Assembly (NCBI GenBank): GCA_963675755.2
Contig: CAXXMD010000002.1
Span: 1,152,001 to 1,216,000, forward strand
From: a bacterium
GTDB taxonomy: Bacteria; Zhuqueibacterota; Zhuqueibacteria; Residuimicrobiales; Krinioviventaceae
DNA: 64,000 bases
Reading direction: 5' to 3'
Shown: positions 47,950 through 58,478 of the stretch, one piece after another
Position numbering within the stretch: position 1 is the stretch's first letter
Layout of the letters: each line of letters opens with the position of its first letter
The notes under the pieces: generated by a model
Database searches by the model: none
What the model saw: the letters and a program-made list of their open reading frames with translations, nothing else
Told to the model about the DNA's origin: nothing
Program-made: the position numbers and the translations under genes

Positions 47950-49062
47950 ATGACTGGGGAAAAGTTGCGTTCAGCTATAAAAATGAGCATATTTTTTTTA
48001 TGTATTCAAACATTTATAGCACAAGCAAACATTATTGGAACAGTAACAGACAGTAAAACACACGAGCCCATCTATTTTACAAACATATTCCTGGCAAACA
48101 CAACCATTGGAACCACGTCTGATAAAAATGGAAGTTTTGAAATTACCAACTATCCCCCGGGGGAATACGAACTTGTAGTGCATCATATTGGGTACAAACC
48201 CTACAGCCAAACCATACAAATGTTTGGGAATAAAGACATAAAGCTGAATATTCAGCTTGAACAGAGAATTATCGAGGGAGATACGGTAACGGTTACTGCA
48301 GAAGATCCCAAAGAGTGGAAAAAATATCTAGATCATTTTATTAAACACTTTATTGGCGAATCTCCTAATGCCATTCACACCCGGATCCTAAATCCCGAAC
48401 GAATCGACCTAGAGTTTGATAAAAATACCGGCTATCTCACTGCCAAATGCGATACCTTTATTCAAATTGAAAACAATAATCTGGGTTACGAACTGGATGT
48501 ATTACTGCTTGATTTTCAATGGTATGATATTGATTTACATGGAAAATTCTACGGCAAGGGAAAAAAGTCAAAACCAATCAGCTATTTTTTAGCAAAGCCC
48601 TTGTTCAAAGAACTGCATCCTGATAACAAGAAACAATTGCTCTATTGGCAAAAAAGACGTAAAGAAACCTATATGGGATCATTCAGGCATTTTTTATCGT
48701 GCCTGGTAACGGATAATCTGGAAAAAGAATCATATCATGTTTCACGAGACGGAATCTCTTTGCCGCAAGACAGTCTCTATGTATCAAAAATGGATACTTT
48801 AGGTAATTTCAAAATCAGTTTCAACGGTACAATTACTGTTCATTATACAAACAGAATCCCAATAGAAAAAAATATTATAAAGCTTTATACAGAATGCCTT
48901 AAATGTAATGCAAGAGGCAAACAAGTAGTATTCGGTCCGTTGGATGTAATAAAAAAAGGTAAATGGGGACAAGAGCGCACAGCAGACTGGTTACCTTTTG
49001 ATTACACACCGGAATATACAACCAATCAACCGTTTCTATACAAAGAATTGCCAAGCTATTAA
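47950..49062 (+). CDS. Secreted protein with carboxypeptidase regulatory-like (CarbopepD_reg_2) N-terminal domain
   Basis: IIGTVTDSKTHEPI...IGTTSDKNGSFEI...PGEYELVVHHIGY; ILNP, YMGSFRHFL, WLPFDY. Confidence 0.8.
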   Translation: MTGEKLRSAIKMSIFFLCIQTFIAQANIIGTVTDSKTHEPIYFTNIFLANTTIGTTSDKNGSFEITNYPPGEYELVVHHIGYKPYSQTIQMFGNKDIKLNIQLEQRIIEGDTVTVTAEDPKEWKKYLDHFIKHFIGESPNAIHTRILNPERIDLEFDKNTGYLTAKCDTFIQIENNNLGYELDVLLLDFQWYDIDLHGKFYGKGKKSKPISYFLAKPLFKELHPDNKKQLLYWQKRRKETYMGSFRHFLSCLVTDNLEKESYHVSRDGISLPQDSLYVSKMDTLGNFKISFNGTITVHYTNRIPIEKNIIKLYTECLKCNARGKQVVFGPLDVIKKGKWGQERTADWLPFDYTPEYTTNQPFLYKELPSY

Positions 49063-49144
49063 GCTTGTTGTAAAACCTTGATTGTCAACCTAATTTCGAT
49101 AATTCTAGAAATATAGAATTTAATAGGGGTAAATTATAAAAAAT

Positions 49145-51493
49145 TTGTACATGGTTGCTCTGGTATTGTTAATTACTGTTTTTGGTTTTGGTCAAACAAC
49201 ACCTCAAGATACTTATAATCTGGGATTGGCTATGGTGCACAATGATTCATTGGATGAAGCAGAAAACATGTTCGAACAACTCGTAAAAGCAGATAAAAAC
49301 AATCCATGGGGATATTTGGGGCTTGGGTTGGTAGAAAAACATCGGGAAAACCGGTTGCTGGAAGCTCGAAAACATTTCAAAAAAGCAGCCAAATTGAATC
49401 CACAGCTGGTGCAGGCATGGACCGAATGGGCTGATGCTGAAACTGAATTTGAACAATATGGTCAAGCAGCCAATGTTCTTAGAGATGCAATTCTTGAAAA
49501 CCCGGATAATATAAATTTACTCAATCGTTTTGTACACTATGTAGAGTGGCAGGATATGCAGAAAAAAGGATTAAAAACCCTTGATAAAATGATAGAAACT
49601 GGTCCCAAACCTTCCCTCTATCGCTTCAAAAAAGCCGAATTGTGGTATGGAATGCATGAATTTGAAAAAAGTATGAAGATTCTGGACTCTATTGATAAAA
49701 ATTCGGATACATTATCAGAAACAATGTATTACGCGTTGCTGGCAAAAAACTGTTTTACAATGAAAAAAATCCAGGATGCTCAGGATTATTATTTAACAGC
49801 AATAAACCTGATCAAAGATGATAACGACGCCGCTTACATTCTTGATGATATTCGCTATATCATGAATAGTAACGAATATAAGGAATATCAAAATTTACCT
49901 ATTGATAAAAAGGGGGATTTTTTCCACAGGTTTTGGCGGTCACGTGATCCCAATCATGCTACTATTACAAATGAAAGGATACCCGAGCATTTTAACAGAA
50001 TTGAATATGCCCGCAAACATTATCACGCTTATAGTACCGACAGGAGAAGCGATGTAAACAAACTGAGGCTAAATCATTCAAGAATACGGTTTTCGGAAAT
50101 TATAATGGGGCCAGAGCTTTTAAACAAATCAGATTATCCTGATGAACTATTAAACAATATGGACGTTGATGACTGTGGGCTAATATACATACGTCATGGT
50201 GCTCCTGATCATACAATATACAAAACAGATTATGCTACTGAACTTTTTGAACCCATGGAATTTGTTTGGAAATATTATCAAAATTTTGACAGAAAAGAAA
50301 TGATCTTTCATTTTGTACAGTTTGGTAAAAACACGGGTGCCATTGCACAATCCCTCCCCTATTCATTTAAAAACACCTGGGAACTGGGAGCAGATTACGC
50401 GGAACTGGATCCGGATATTATGAAAAGTGCTTTAGAGTGGAATGAAAGAGAACCATCAGGTGGTGCCGGAGTTCCAGCAGATATCATTATACCTGATAAT
50501 TCATCCATACGTAAAGCTCAGGATAAACAAAAAAAATCTATAGCTGACAGTTCCAGCGGTTTACATTATCTCACAAAGCGTATTGAAAATTTGATAATTA
50601 AAGATATTACAGTTGGAATGGAAACAGAAACATCAAACTATGAATTTTCACAGGAACCTATGAACTATCCCTATTATTTTGCGCAATTCAAAGGCATCAA
50701 TGGAAAAACAATGATCGATCTTTATTATGCTGTCAATGGAAATGATGTTGAATTAAACCGGCAAGACTCTACCTCATTTATAGATTTAAAACGATTTATA
50801 GGTCTTTACGATCAACATTGGCGTGAACGGTTTAGATTTTCTTTAGATGAAAAAATTGATATTTCGATAAATCCAGAAATATGGAAACAATCAAGCATAA
50901 CAAATGTAATGAACCTGTCTCTTGCTCCTGAAACATATGCTTATGAACTGCAAATACAGGATAAAAAATCCGGTAAACTGGGAGTCTATCAAAATACCAT
51001 ACTGATTCAAAATTTTGCAAACAATTTACAAATGAGTAATCTTGTCTTATCGGGTCCTATTTCAACTATGTGTAATGGACAAAAATTCAAAAAAGGAGAT
51101 ATTTACTACTCTCCTCACATGTTTAATGCGTACAAACAGGGTGAACAAATAGGTTTATATTTTGAAATTTATAATCTTTTATTTAATGATGAAAACCATA
51201 CAAAATTCAACATAACCTGCACTCTTGAATCCAAAGAAAGATTGTTAATGCTGCCACTTGAAGGTAATTTTAAATCACTGTTTGGTTTGTGGAATTCCGG
51301 TGTAGGTAGCGCATTCGAGTACACAGGTACCACACGTGATGACAAGATTTATGTAAATCTGGATTTTCCGGAAATAGAATCTGGTGAATATGAACTTGTT
51401 ATCACCGTCAGAGATGAAACAAGTCATTTAACAGTAGAAAAATCAACAGGGGTTGTAGTGCTTTCCTCATCCTTTACCCAAAACACAAAATAA
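49145..51493 (+). CDS. TPR-containing GWxTD-domain protein
   Basis: N-terminal TPR helices; FWRSRDPN..TITNE..EHFNRIEYARKHY...DDCGLIYIRHGAPD; C-terminal Ig-like strands. Start may be ATA 49136. Confidence 0.8.
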   Translation: MYMVALVLLITVFGFGQTTPQDTYNLGLAMVHNDSLDEAENMFEQLVKADKNNPWGYLGLGLVEKHRENRLLEARKHFKKAAKLNPQLVQAWTEWADAETEFEQYGQAANVLRDAILENPDNINLLNRFVHYVEWQDMQKKGLKTLDKMIETGPKPSLYRFKKAELWYGMHEFEKSMKILDSIDKNSDTLSETMYYALLAKNCFTMKKIQDAQDYYLTAINLIKDDNDAAYILDDIRYIMNSNEYKEYQNLPIDKKGDFFHRFWRSRDPNHATITNERIPEHFNRIEYARKHYHAYSTDRRSDVNKLRLNHSRIRFSEIIMGPELLNKSDYPDELLNNMDVDDCGLIYIRHGAPDHTIYKTDYATELFEPMEFVWKYYQNFDRKEMIFHFVQFGKNTGAIAQSLPYSFKNTWELGADYAELDPDIMKSALEWNEREPSGGAGVPADIIIPDNSSIRKAQDKQKKSIADSSSGLHYLTKRIENLIIKDITVGMETETSNYEFSQEPMNYPYYFAQFKGINGKTMIDLYYAVNGNDVELNRQDSTSFIDLKRFIGLYDQHWRERFRFSLDEKIDISINPEIWKQSSITNVMNLSLAPETYAYELQIQDKKSGKLGVYQNTILIQNFANNLQMSNLVLSGPISTMCNGQKFKKGDIYYSPHMFNAYKQGEQIGLYFEIYNLLFNDENHTKFNITCTLESKERLLMLPLEGNFKSLFGLWNSGVGSAFEYTGTTRDDKIYVNLDFPEIESGEYELVITVRDETSHLTVEKSTGVVVLSSSFTQNTK

Positions 51494-51514
51494 CACACTG
51501 AGGGGTGGACGCAT

Positions 51515-51547
51515 AAACACCGGACTTTTTAGTCCGGTGTTTTTTTA
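51515..51547 (+). terminator. Rho-independent terminator
   Basis: AAACACCGGACT-TTTT-AGTCCGGTGTTTTTTT. Confidence 0.8.
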
Positions 51548-51774
51548 AATGAAATCAGAATTCTTTTGAAAATCTTGCAAGTTGGCAGATCATGAAAAAA
51601 AACAGATTGTTTTTTAAAAACAAATTATTAATTTAAGTAGTGTATGAATGTATTCTAATATTCTGCTCAGTTAATTATAAACATATTGAATATTTATAGC
51701 AGTATATTAAATCCATCTTGTACTTTCAGCTTGTTTAAAGCACCATAAAAACATAATAATTACGGAGGAATTTT

Positions 51775-53217
51775 ATGGCTGAAGAAAAAAAGGATATCAC
51801 ACGTCGTGAATTCGGCAAAACCACACTCAAAACCGCTACAGCCGTAACAGCGGCAAGTGCCATTACCGGTCCTTTCTTTTCAGGCAAGGTATTGGGCGCA
51901 AATGATCAAGTCAATATTGCGCATATCGGTATCCGCGGCCAAGGTTTTGGACACATCCGTGGATTTGGAAAAATCCCTGGTGTTAAAATCAAAACAGTTT
52001 GTGACGTAGATGAGAATCTGTTTCCTGAACGCGTCAGTGTTATCGAAAAAGAATTCGGTTACAAACCCGCAACCGAATGGGATATGCGTAAAGTTTTCGA
52101 TGACAAAGAGATTGACGCAGTAACATTTGCTGTTCCAAATCACTGGCACGCACTTGCTACAATCTGGGCAGCCCAAGCTGGCAAGAATGTATATGTTGAA
52201 AAACCTTCAACACATTCTGTTTGGGAAGGTCGCCAGATGGTACACGCAGCTCGCGCAAACAAAGTTCTTGTACAGGTTGGTTTCCAAAACCGTTCACGCA
52301 AAAACACCACTGCTGCAATGAAATTGCTGCATGAAGGCGGAATTGGTAAAGTGTATATGGCTCGCGGTATGTGTTTTAAACCTCGTTGGGACATTGGCCG
52401 TTATCCTGATGGCCCCATGCAACCTGGTGAAAAAAACTATCTGAGAACCAACAAAACCGGTGAAATGCCGACTTATGATGCAAAATATCTGGAAAAAGTC
52501 CACTATGATATGTGGATTGGACCAGCTCGTAAACGTGCTTTTAACCGCAACCGTTTCCATTACAACTGGCACTGGCAGTTTGAATATGGCAATGGAGACA
52601 CCGGTAACCAGGGACCACACCAGTTTGACGTAGGCCGCTGGGGTATTAACAAACATGAATATCCTGTAAGAGTTAGCTCTTTGGGTAACTTGTACCTGTT
52701 TGGTGATTCTCAGCAAGACACCCCGAACACCCAGACCACAATTTTCGAATATGCTGATGGTACCATTTTTGAATTCTCAACACGCGGATTGTTCACCAAT
52801 CCCGATGGTGAAGTCAGAATCGGAAATATTTTCTACGGTAGTGAAGGATGGCTGGAAATTGATGCAAACGGTAACTGGAAAACCTTCTTTGGTTACAAAG
52901 GCGAACCCGGCCCGAATTCAGACAACATTGATGCTGAAAAAGCTGATGCATTGAACACAGTTGGTACTGGTATTGGCGGACACTTTGGTAATTTTATCGC
53001 TGCTGTACGCTCTGGTAAACAAACTGACCTGACTTGTGATATTGAAGTTGGTCATCGTTCAAGCGTTCTGCCTGCATTGGGTAACATCTCTTACCTGCTT
53101 GGCAGAGAACTGCACTTTGACGGACGTAACGAAACTTTTGTTGACGACGAAGAAGCAAACAAATTGTTGAAACGCGAAAATTATCGTGAACCGTACGTAG
53201 TGCCAGATCTGAGCTAG
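51775..53217 (+). CDS. Tat-exported Gfo/Idh/MocA family oxidoreductase
   Basis: TRREFGK Tat motif, IGIRGQG, VPNHWH, NVYVEKP, FHYNWHW, NQGPHQFD. Confidence 0.92.
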   Translation: MAEEKKDITRREFGKTTLKTATAVTAASAITGPFFSGKVLGANDQVNIAHIGIRGQGFGHIRGFGKIPGVKIKTVCDVDENLFPERVSVIEKEFGYKPATEWDMRKVFDDKEIDAVTFAVPNHWHALATIWAAQAGKNVYVEKPSTHSVWEGRQMVHAARANKVLVQVGFQNRSRKNTTAAMKLLHEGGIGKVYMARGMCFKPRWDIGRYPDGPMQPGEKNYLRTNKTGEMPTYDAKYLEKVHYDMWIGPARKRAFNRNRFHYNWHWQFEYGNGDTGNQGPHQFDVGRWGINKHEYPVRVSSLGNLYLFGDSQQDTPNTQTTIFEYADGTIFEFSTRGLFTNPDGEVRIGNIFYGSEGWLEIDANGNWKTFFGYKGEPGPNSDNIDAEKADALNTVGTGIGGHFGNFIAAVRSGKQTDLTCDIEVGHRSSVLPALGNISYLLGRELHFDGRNETFVDDEEANKLLKRENYREPYVVPDLS

Positions 53218-53241
53218 TAACAGATTACAACACATTTTAAT

Positions 53242-53281
53242 AAAAAAAAGCCATACAATTTAATTGTATGGCTTTTTTTTT
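53242..53281. terminator. Bidirectional terminator
   Basis: A8-GCCATACAATT-T-AATTGTATGGC-T9. Confidence 0.88.
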
Positions 53282-53297
53282 CTATTTGCCATTAATT

Positions 53298-53321
53298 GCC
53301 CAGCACTTAAAAGTGCCGGGT
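53298..53321. repeat. REP-like hairpin related to the 18005-18026 copy
   Basis: GCCCAGCACTTAAAAGTGCCGGGT versus the reverse complement of GTCCGGCACTTGAGTGCTGGGC. Confidence 0.55.
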
Positions 53322-53332
53322 AAACTTTACTA

Positions 53333-55498
53333 CTACTTTATCACATGATAATACCTGGCCATCCAATAAGGCAGCAGATATTCATCACCGGCGAGACGAG
53401 ACATTCCCCCACCACCGGAATCAATACTAAAGGCGTTTGAATTATGGCGGTTCATAGGACGTTCATTGGGCGATAATACCTCAGCAATCCTTTGATTACG
53501 GAAATTCCTGGGTAAATATTCCAGATCTTTACGGTTCGAGTTTTTAATAGTATAGCGGTCCATATCAATGGGGTATTCTTTTAAATGCCAGATAACAGAA
53601 TCATAATCCATTACGCCAACTGATGCGTATGGCAATACATTCCACAATGCACTTTTTTCAGGACGTTCAAGTTCCCAGTGATCGATAATGGCCTCTTTGT
53701 AGACATCACGTAATTCCTGGGTGAATGCGTATTTATAAGAGACGTAATAGGTTAAAAACGCCATTTCATCATCAGAGTGGTTCCAGGAATCTCCCATGGT
53801 GAATGCATGGTCACGCCAACGATAAACAAAAGTGGTATCCTCGTGCAATTCTTTCATGCTGATTTTCATATTTTCCAGATACCCGTAATCCTCCATCATA
53901 TGGTAGGCCTCAGTCTTGAAAATCTCTTTACCCGTCAAAGCATAAGCAAGCTGTAAACCTGCAATCAGGTGAGTGCTGTTCAAACGTCTGTCAAAAATAT
54001 GACGGGGATACGCGTTTACAAACTCGGGATTCCAACGTCCCCACAAGGTGGGTTCACCATCAATATCCACAAAGTAATAATCATTTTGAATAATATGGGT
54101 CATAATGGCATCGATAAAGTTTGCAATGCGTTTATGCTCTTCCGGGGTTTTGGCAATAAACTCGTCCATAACTGTGGTTATATAGAGATAAGCAATGTAT
54201 TCATCAGTACTGGTATGACCCTTCCACTCCCAATCCGCTTCGGGAGACTGGCGCCAGCGATCGATGTCAGACATTTTGAATCCTTTACGTTCAAACGTAC
54301 GGGACGGAAAACCGGTTAATTGATTTATTGAAAGAAGTCGTTCAAAAGTCTCGAATGATTCCCAGGCATAACGGCGAGCGCTTTCCTCACCGGTTACCGC
54401 GTATTTGTAACACAGGCTTCCCAGGTAAAACGTGGTCCACAAACCGTCATTATCCGTATCAACAGTAACAGCCGTAGTCAAGTCACCGGCTTTTTTATAA
54501 TGCAAGGGTCGCGTAAAACCATAGCTGATGTGATATTGTCGTAAATCCCTTTCAATCTCGGCAGTTTTTTCTGCCAAAGTCATTTTGCGATAATGGATTT
54601 TGTTCAAACCAGTTGGAGATAATACATATACATCTCCCCTGCTGTCCGTTGCCAGGTCTACAACCGAATCATTATCCAACCAGCGTTTGGAAGCGTAATA
54701 ACGATATTTTTCACCATTGGGCGTAAATGCACCGGCTTCTGAACCGAACCATAACTCGTAGCCTTTTGCCATCATGGTTGTTATTGCAGGTACGGGTAAT
54801 TTGGCATCAAGCTCTTTTGTGACCGCTCCGGTTTCGCCATTGATTTTGAAATAGCCGTTTGTGGTACCCAAAGCAATTTCATCTTTAACAAAAGCAGCAG
54901 CAGTCAGGTTTTTACCGGAATAAACCGTTTTCCATTTTTTATCATCCAGTCGGTACAGGTTGTCCTCTGTTAACAGATAAAACTGGGTTTTGTACACATA
55001 CAGGTTTAAGCAATCTCCCCTGGGAACATCAACATCACTGATTTTTATTTTATTATGATACAGGGCGGCTTTTTTATCTCCTACCAGTAAAATCTCATCG
55101 TTGCTATTCATAGCGATACGATCATAGCTGCCTTTATCAAAATGCGCGTATACGGCTCCGGCATGTGCGTTGGTGAGAAACTGATCATTGTAAAGATAAT
55201 AGAGATAGCCTGTACCCTCTTGCACGGTAATATCAACAGGCTTTAGGTCAGCAAGAGATCTGTAAAGTAAATCTTTGGCCAACACATCCTCAAATACTCG
55301 CCACAATCCATGATTGGTCAGCACATAAACAATGTCATTATAATCAACAACCACTTTGCGTAATTGCAAATCAGCCGGGGCATTTTGTGTCTGGTATTTT
55401 ACCGATACCGGAAAATCATAAGGTTTGTCCACATATTGCGCAAAAGCAGTACTGGACAAGAAAATTCCGGTTAAAAGAATGAGTAAAAATTTTTTCAT
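53333..55498 (-). CDS. Secreted hypothetical protein: N-terminal beta-propeller, C-terminal (alpha/alpha)-barrel
   Basis: Signal peptide; beta-rich N-half; DNDGLWT, WKGHTSTDE, NHSDDEM, YLLPYWMARY motifs; function unknown. Confidence 0.65.
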   Translation of the reverse strand: MKKFLLILLTGIFLSSTAFAQYVDKPYDFPVSVKYQTQNAPADLQLRKVVVDYNDIVYVLTNHGLWRVFEDVLAKDLLYRSLADLKPVDITVQEGTGYLYYLYNDQFLTNAHAGAVYAHFDKGSYDRIAMNSNDEILLVGDKKAALYHNKIKISDVDVPRGDCLNLYVYKTQFYLLTEDNLYRLDDKKWKTVYSGKNLTAAAFVKDEIALGTTNGYFKINGETGAVTKELDAKLPVPAITTMMAKGYELWFGSEAGAFTPNGEKYRYYASKRWLDNDSVVDLATDSRGDVYVLSPTGLNKIHYRKMTLAEKTAEIERDLRQYHISYGFTRPLHYKKAGDLTTAVTVDTDNDGLWTTFYLGSLCYKYAVTGEESARRYAWESFETFERLLSINQLTGFPSRTFERKGFKMSDIDRWRQSPEADWEWKGHTSTDEYIAYLYITTVMDEFIAKTPEEHKRIANFIDAIMTHIIQNDYYFVDIDGEPTLWGRWNPEFVNAYPRHIFDRRLNSTHLIAGLQLAYALTGKEIFKTEAYHMMEDYGYLENMKISMKELHEDTTFVYRWRDHAFTMGDSWNHSDDEMAFLTYYVSYKYAFTQELRDVYKEAIIDHWELERPEKSALWNVLPYASVGVMDYDSVIWHLKEYPIDMDRYTIKNSNRKDLEYLPRNFRNQRIAEVLSPNERPMNRHNSNAFSIDSGGGGMSRLAGDEYLLPYWMARYYHVIK

Positions 55499-55600
55499 AA
55501 AGCGTTCCTTTCCATATCATACGAATTTACCAATATACGCATTAATGAGCTATTTTTCAACTATCACCAACAGATTAATCAACATGTTATAATATATGAA

Positions 55601-56677
55601 TTACAATACCCGATCAATTATACCTCCGCCCAGTACAAGATCATCTTGATAAAAGACGGCTGATTGTCCGGGTGTTATGGCACTTTGGGGTTCGGTGCTT
55701 GTCACTTTGACCTTGCCTTGTTCAACAGGTTCAATTAATGCTTCAAATTCCTGCTGAGAAGAGCGGATTTTCATATTCACTTTGGTTGAAACTTTTAAAT
55801 CGGCAAATGCAATCCAATTTAACTGGTCTACCAGGAATGAATTGTTATAAACATATTCACGCGGTCCTACCACAACCTGGTTGCTGTGCGCATCAATATT
55901 GATTACATAAAGCGGTTCAGGTGAAGATACTCCCAAACCTTTGCGTTGTCCAATGGTATAATTCCATACTCCCTTGTGCTGTCCCAAAACACGGCCATCA
56001 ACATGAACCAAATTACCGGTTCGTTCACGGATATCGATCAAATCATTATAATCACCGCTGTAAAAGTCCTGACTGTCAGATTTATCATACAGGGAGATTT
56101 GATTATCTCTGGCAATTTTTCGTACCTCTGTCTTTTCAAATTCGCCCAGTGGTAATAATAGTTTTTCAAGTTGCGTTTGGGTTAGACGATACAGAAAATA
56201 AGTTTGATCTTTGGAGGAATCCAACGCTTTTTTCAGCATAAAACGACCAGCAGATTCATTAAACTCTACCCTGGCATAATGGCCTGTAGCAAATTTATCA
56301 AAGGTTTCGCCTGAATCCTGAATCATTGTGGGTAGAACATCCAGTTTGATCTGTTGATTACACTGAATACAGGGATTCGGCGTGCGACCTGCCAGGTACT
56401 CTCGTTTGAAATAATCCAGTACAATCTTTTTATAAGCAGTTGAACAATCATACACCTGAAAGGGAATATCCAGTTCATTGCACAGAGCGCGTGCTTCGTT
56501 TATATCATCCTGTTCTTCGGGACCAAAACAAGCATGTTTGCCTGTATGAGAAGTAACATTTGTTGAATTGTTCCAAATGGCCATGGTAACGCCAAAAACA
56601 TCATGCCCCTGTTCTTTTAACAAATATGCGGTAACAGCGGAATCTACTCCTCCGCTTAATCCTACAGCTATTTTCAT
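55601..56677 (-). CDS. mnmA: tRNA-specific 2-thiouridylase MnmA
   Basis: SGGVDS, GRTPNPCIQCN, ATGHYAR, KDQTYFL, YTIGQRKGLG, ITPGQSAVFY; start ATG 56677. Confidence 0.96.
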   Translation of the reverse strand: MKIAVGLSGGVDSAVTAYLLKEQGHDVFGVTMAIWNNSTNVTSHTGKHACFGPEEQDDINEARALCNELDIPFQVYDCSTAYKKIVLDYFKREYLAGRTPNPCIQCNQQIKLDVLPTMIQDSGETFDKFATGHYARVEFNESAGRFMLKKALDSSKDQTYFLYRLTQTQLEKLLLPLGEFEKTEVRKIARDNQISLYDKSDSQDFYSGDYNDLIDIRERTGNLVHVDGRVLGQHKGVWNYTIGQRKGLGVSSPEPLYVINIDAHSNQVVVGPREYVYNNSFLVDQLNWIAFADLKVSTKVNMKIRSSQQEFEALIEPVEQGKVKVTSTEPQSAITPGQSAVFYQDDLVLGGGIIDRVL

Positions 56678-56746
56678 GAGTAATCCATAGATAAAACAAC
56701 AATTTGGAAAATAAAACAAATATTGGCAGGAAAAATTCCGGAGAAA

Positions 56747-57490
56747 CTAAAAAACTCCAAGCAGTTTAGCAGACATGATTAGAATGGCTACCATTAAAAC
56801 TATACGAACAACCTTTTCACCTTTTTTAACAGCTACCTTGGCAGAAAACCAGGCACCGGTTGCATTACCCGCTGCAAGGGCAAGACCATACTCCCATCTT
56901 ACATTACCGGTCAGGATAAAAACTGCAAGTGCAGGTATGGTATAGAAAAATATTACAAAAACTTTGTGCATATTGACTTTGACAAGATCAATCTTTAAAA
57001 TATTTTGCAGTGCTGCCATTAAAATAAATCCAACACCTACCTGTATAAAACCGCCGTAAAATCCAATTCCTACCATTGCTGGATAAATGAGCCAGGCATG
57101 TTTGGGATTTTCAGAAAATTTTATCTTCTTCTTGGGAAGCACAATTGTTATCATGATTCCAATCATGACAATACCCAGAATTTTATGGAAAAGCGCATTA
57201 TTAATATGTACAGCCAGAAAAGCTCCCAAAATAGCACCAGGAAGTGCGAACAAAGACATGATTGTACTATGCCTGAAAGAATGGACTTTTTCTTGTCGGA
57301 AGGATAGAATTGCAGATATATTTTGGATAAAAATTGCTACACGATTTGTACCATTTGCAAGCGCACCATCAAGCCCTAAAAATATCAATAATGGCAAAAT
57401 AATGGCTGAACCACCGCCTGCCATAACATTCATAAAACCGGTGAATACACCTGTTGTATAAAGCAATAATATCTTTGGTATTTCATGCAT
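56747..57490 (-). CDS. Sulfite exporter TauE/SafE family membrane protein
   Basis: AGGGS, ANGTNR, GFYGGFIQVGVG; ~8 TM helices. Confidence 0.9.
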   Translation of the reverse strand: MHEIPKILLLYTTGVFTGFMNVMAGGGSAIILPLLIFLGLDGALANGTNRVAIFIQNISAILSFRQEKVHSFRHSTIMSLFALPGAILGAFLAVHINNALFHKILGIVMIGIMITIVLPKKKIKFSENPKHAWLIYPAMVGIGFYGGFIQVGVGFILMAALQNILKIDLVKVNMHKVFVIFFYTIPALAVFILTGNVRWEYGLALAAGNATGAWFSAKVAVKKGEKVVRIVLMVAILIMSAKLLGVF

Positions 57491-57635
57491 AACTTTATCC
57501 TAAATGAAAAATAATATAATGAATTAAAATAAAAAAATCCAGTTTGAAAATTGGGTCAAATTTACTTGCAATTCTGCACACATTTTGATATTTTTGAACA
57601 TAGGCCACGTAGTATTTTACAGGACATCAAAAAGA

Positions 57636-58478
57636 ATGAAAACAACCCATTTCCTATTAATGCTTTTATTGGGGACAAGCATTAGTATATTCGCTTTACC
57701 CGTAAAAAAATCATTAAACGGATGGGAGCAGACACAACCAGAAACAGTTTATACAACCAATCTACACGAGCATATAAACGGACAATCCCCCCTCTATTAC
57801 GAACTGGGTTTTGATTCATTGTTTGTACTGCAATACAAAAAAAAGAATTCCGAAATAGAGATGAATATCTATAAAATGCAATCACCGGAATCAGCAATGG
57901 CCATATATCTGGTTTCAGCAGGAAACGAAATTCCATCTGACTTGTTTAATGAAAGAAACAGTGTTAATCCTTATCAGTTAAATATGGTCAAAGGGAGTTA
58001 TTATTTTCAAATCAATATATATAATGGCGATGAAACAACACTAAAAGACATTCGTTCAATAATAACACCCACACTATCTAAAATTAAAAAACAAAATATT
58101 GTTCTTTTAAACAGATTGCCTCAAAAAGACCTGGTAAAAGGATCTGAACGCATTGCAAGGGGCATGTATTCCATGCGTAATATTTATTATTTTGGCAAAG
58201 GTGATCCCCTGATGTTGGACGGGAATATCTTTGCAGTTGCAGGTGAATATGATGATGGTAATAAAAAATATACTCAACTGATTATTGAATATCCTGATAT
58301 TGTTCAGGCAAAAACAGTTTTTGACAGTTTAAATTCTGATACAAATAAATATTGGCAAATCGTATTAAAGCAGAACAACAAACTGGTTTTCAAAGACATT
58401 TACAATCGTTTTGGCAAAGTTTTGTTATCCCAAAACAAAATTACGATCAACACAAAACTGGAGAATATTCCAAATTGA
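57636..58478 (+). CDS. Secreted hypothetical protein (DUF6599-like)
   Basis: Signal peptide; NLHEHINGQSPLYYELGF...IYKMQSPESAMAIY pattern. Confidence 0.6.
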   Translation: MKTTHFLLMLLLGTSISIFALPVKKSLNGWEQTQPETVYTTNLHEHINGQSPLYYELGFDSLFVLQYKKKNSEIEMNIYKMQSPESAMAIYLVSAGNEIPSDLFNERNSVNPYQLNMVKGSYYFQINIYNGDETTLKDIRSIITPTLSKIKKQNIVLLNRLPQKDLVKGSERIARGMYSMRNIYYFGKGDPLMLDGNIFAVAGEYDDGNKKYTQLIIEYPDIVQAKTVFDSLNSDTNKYWQIVLKQNNKLVFKDIYNRFGKVLLSQNKITINTKLENIPN

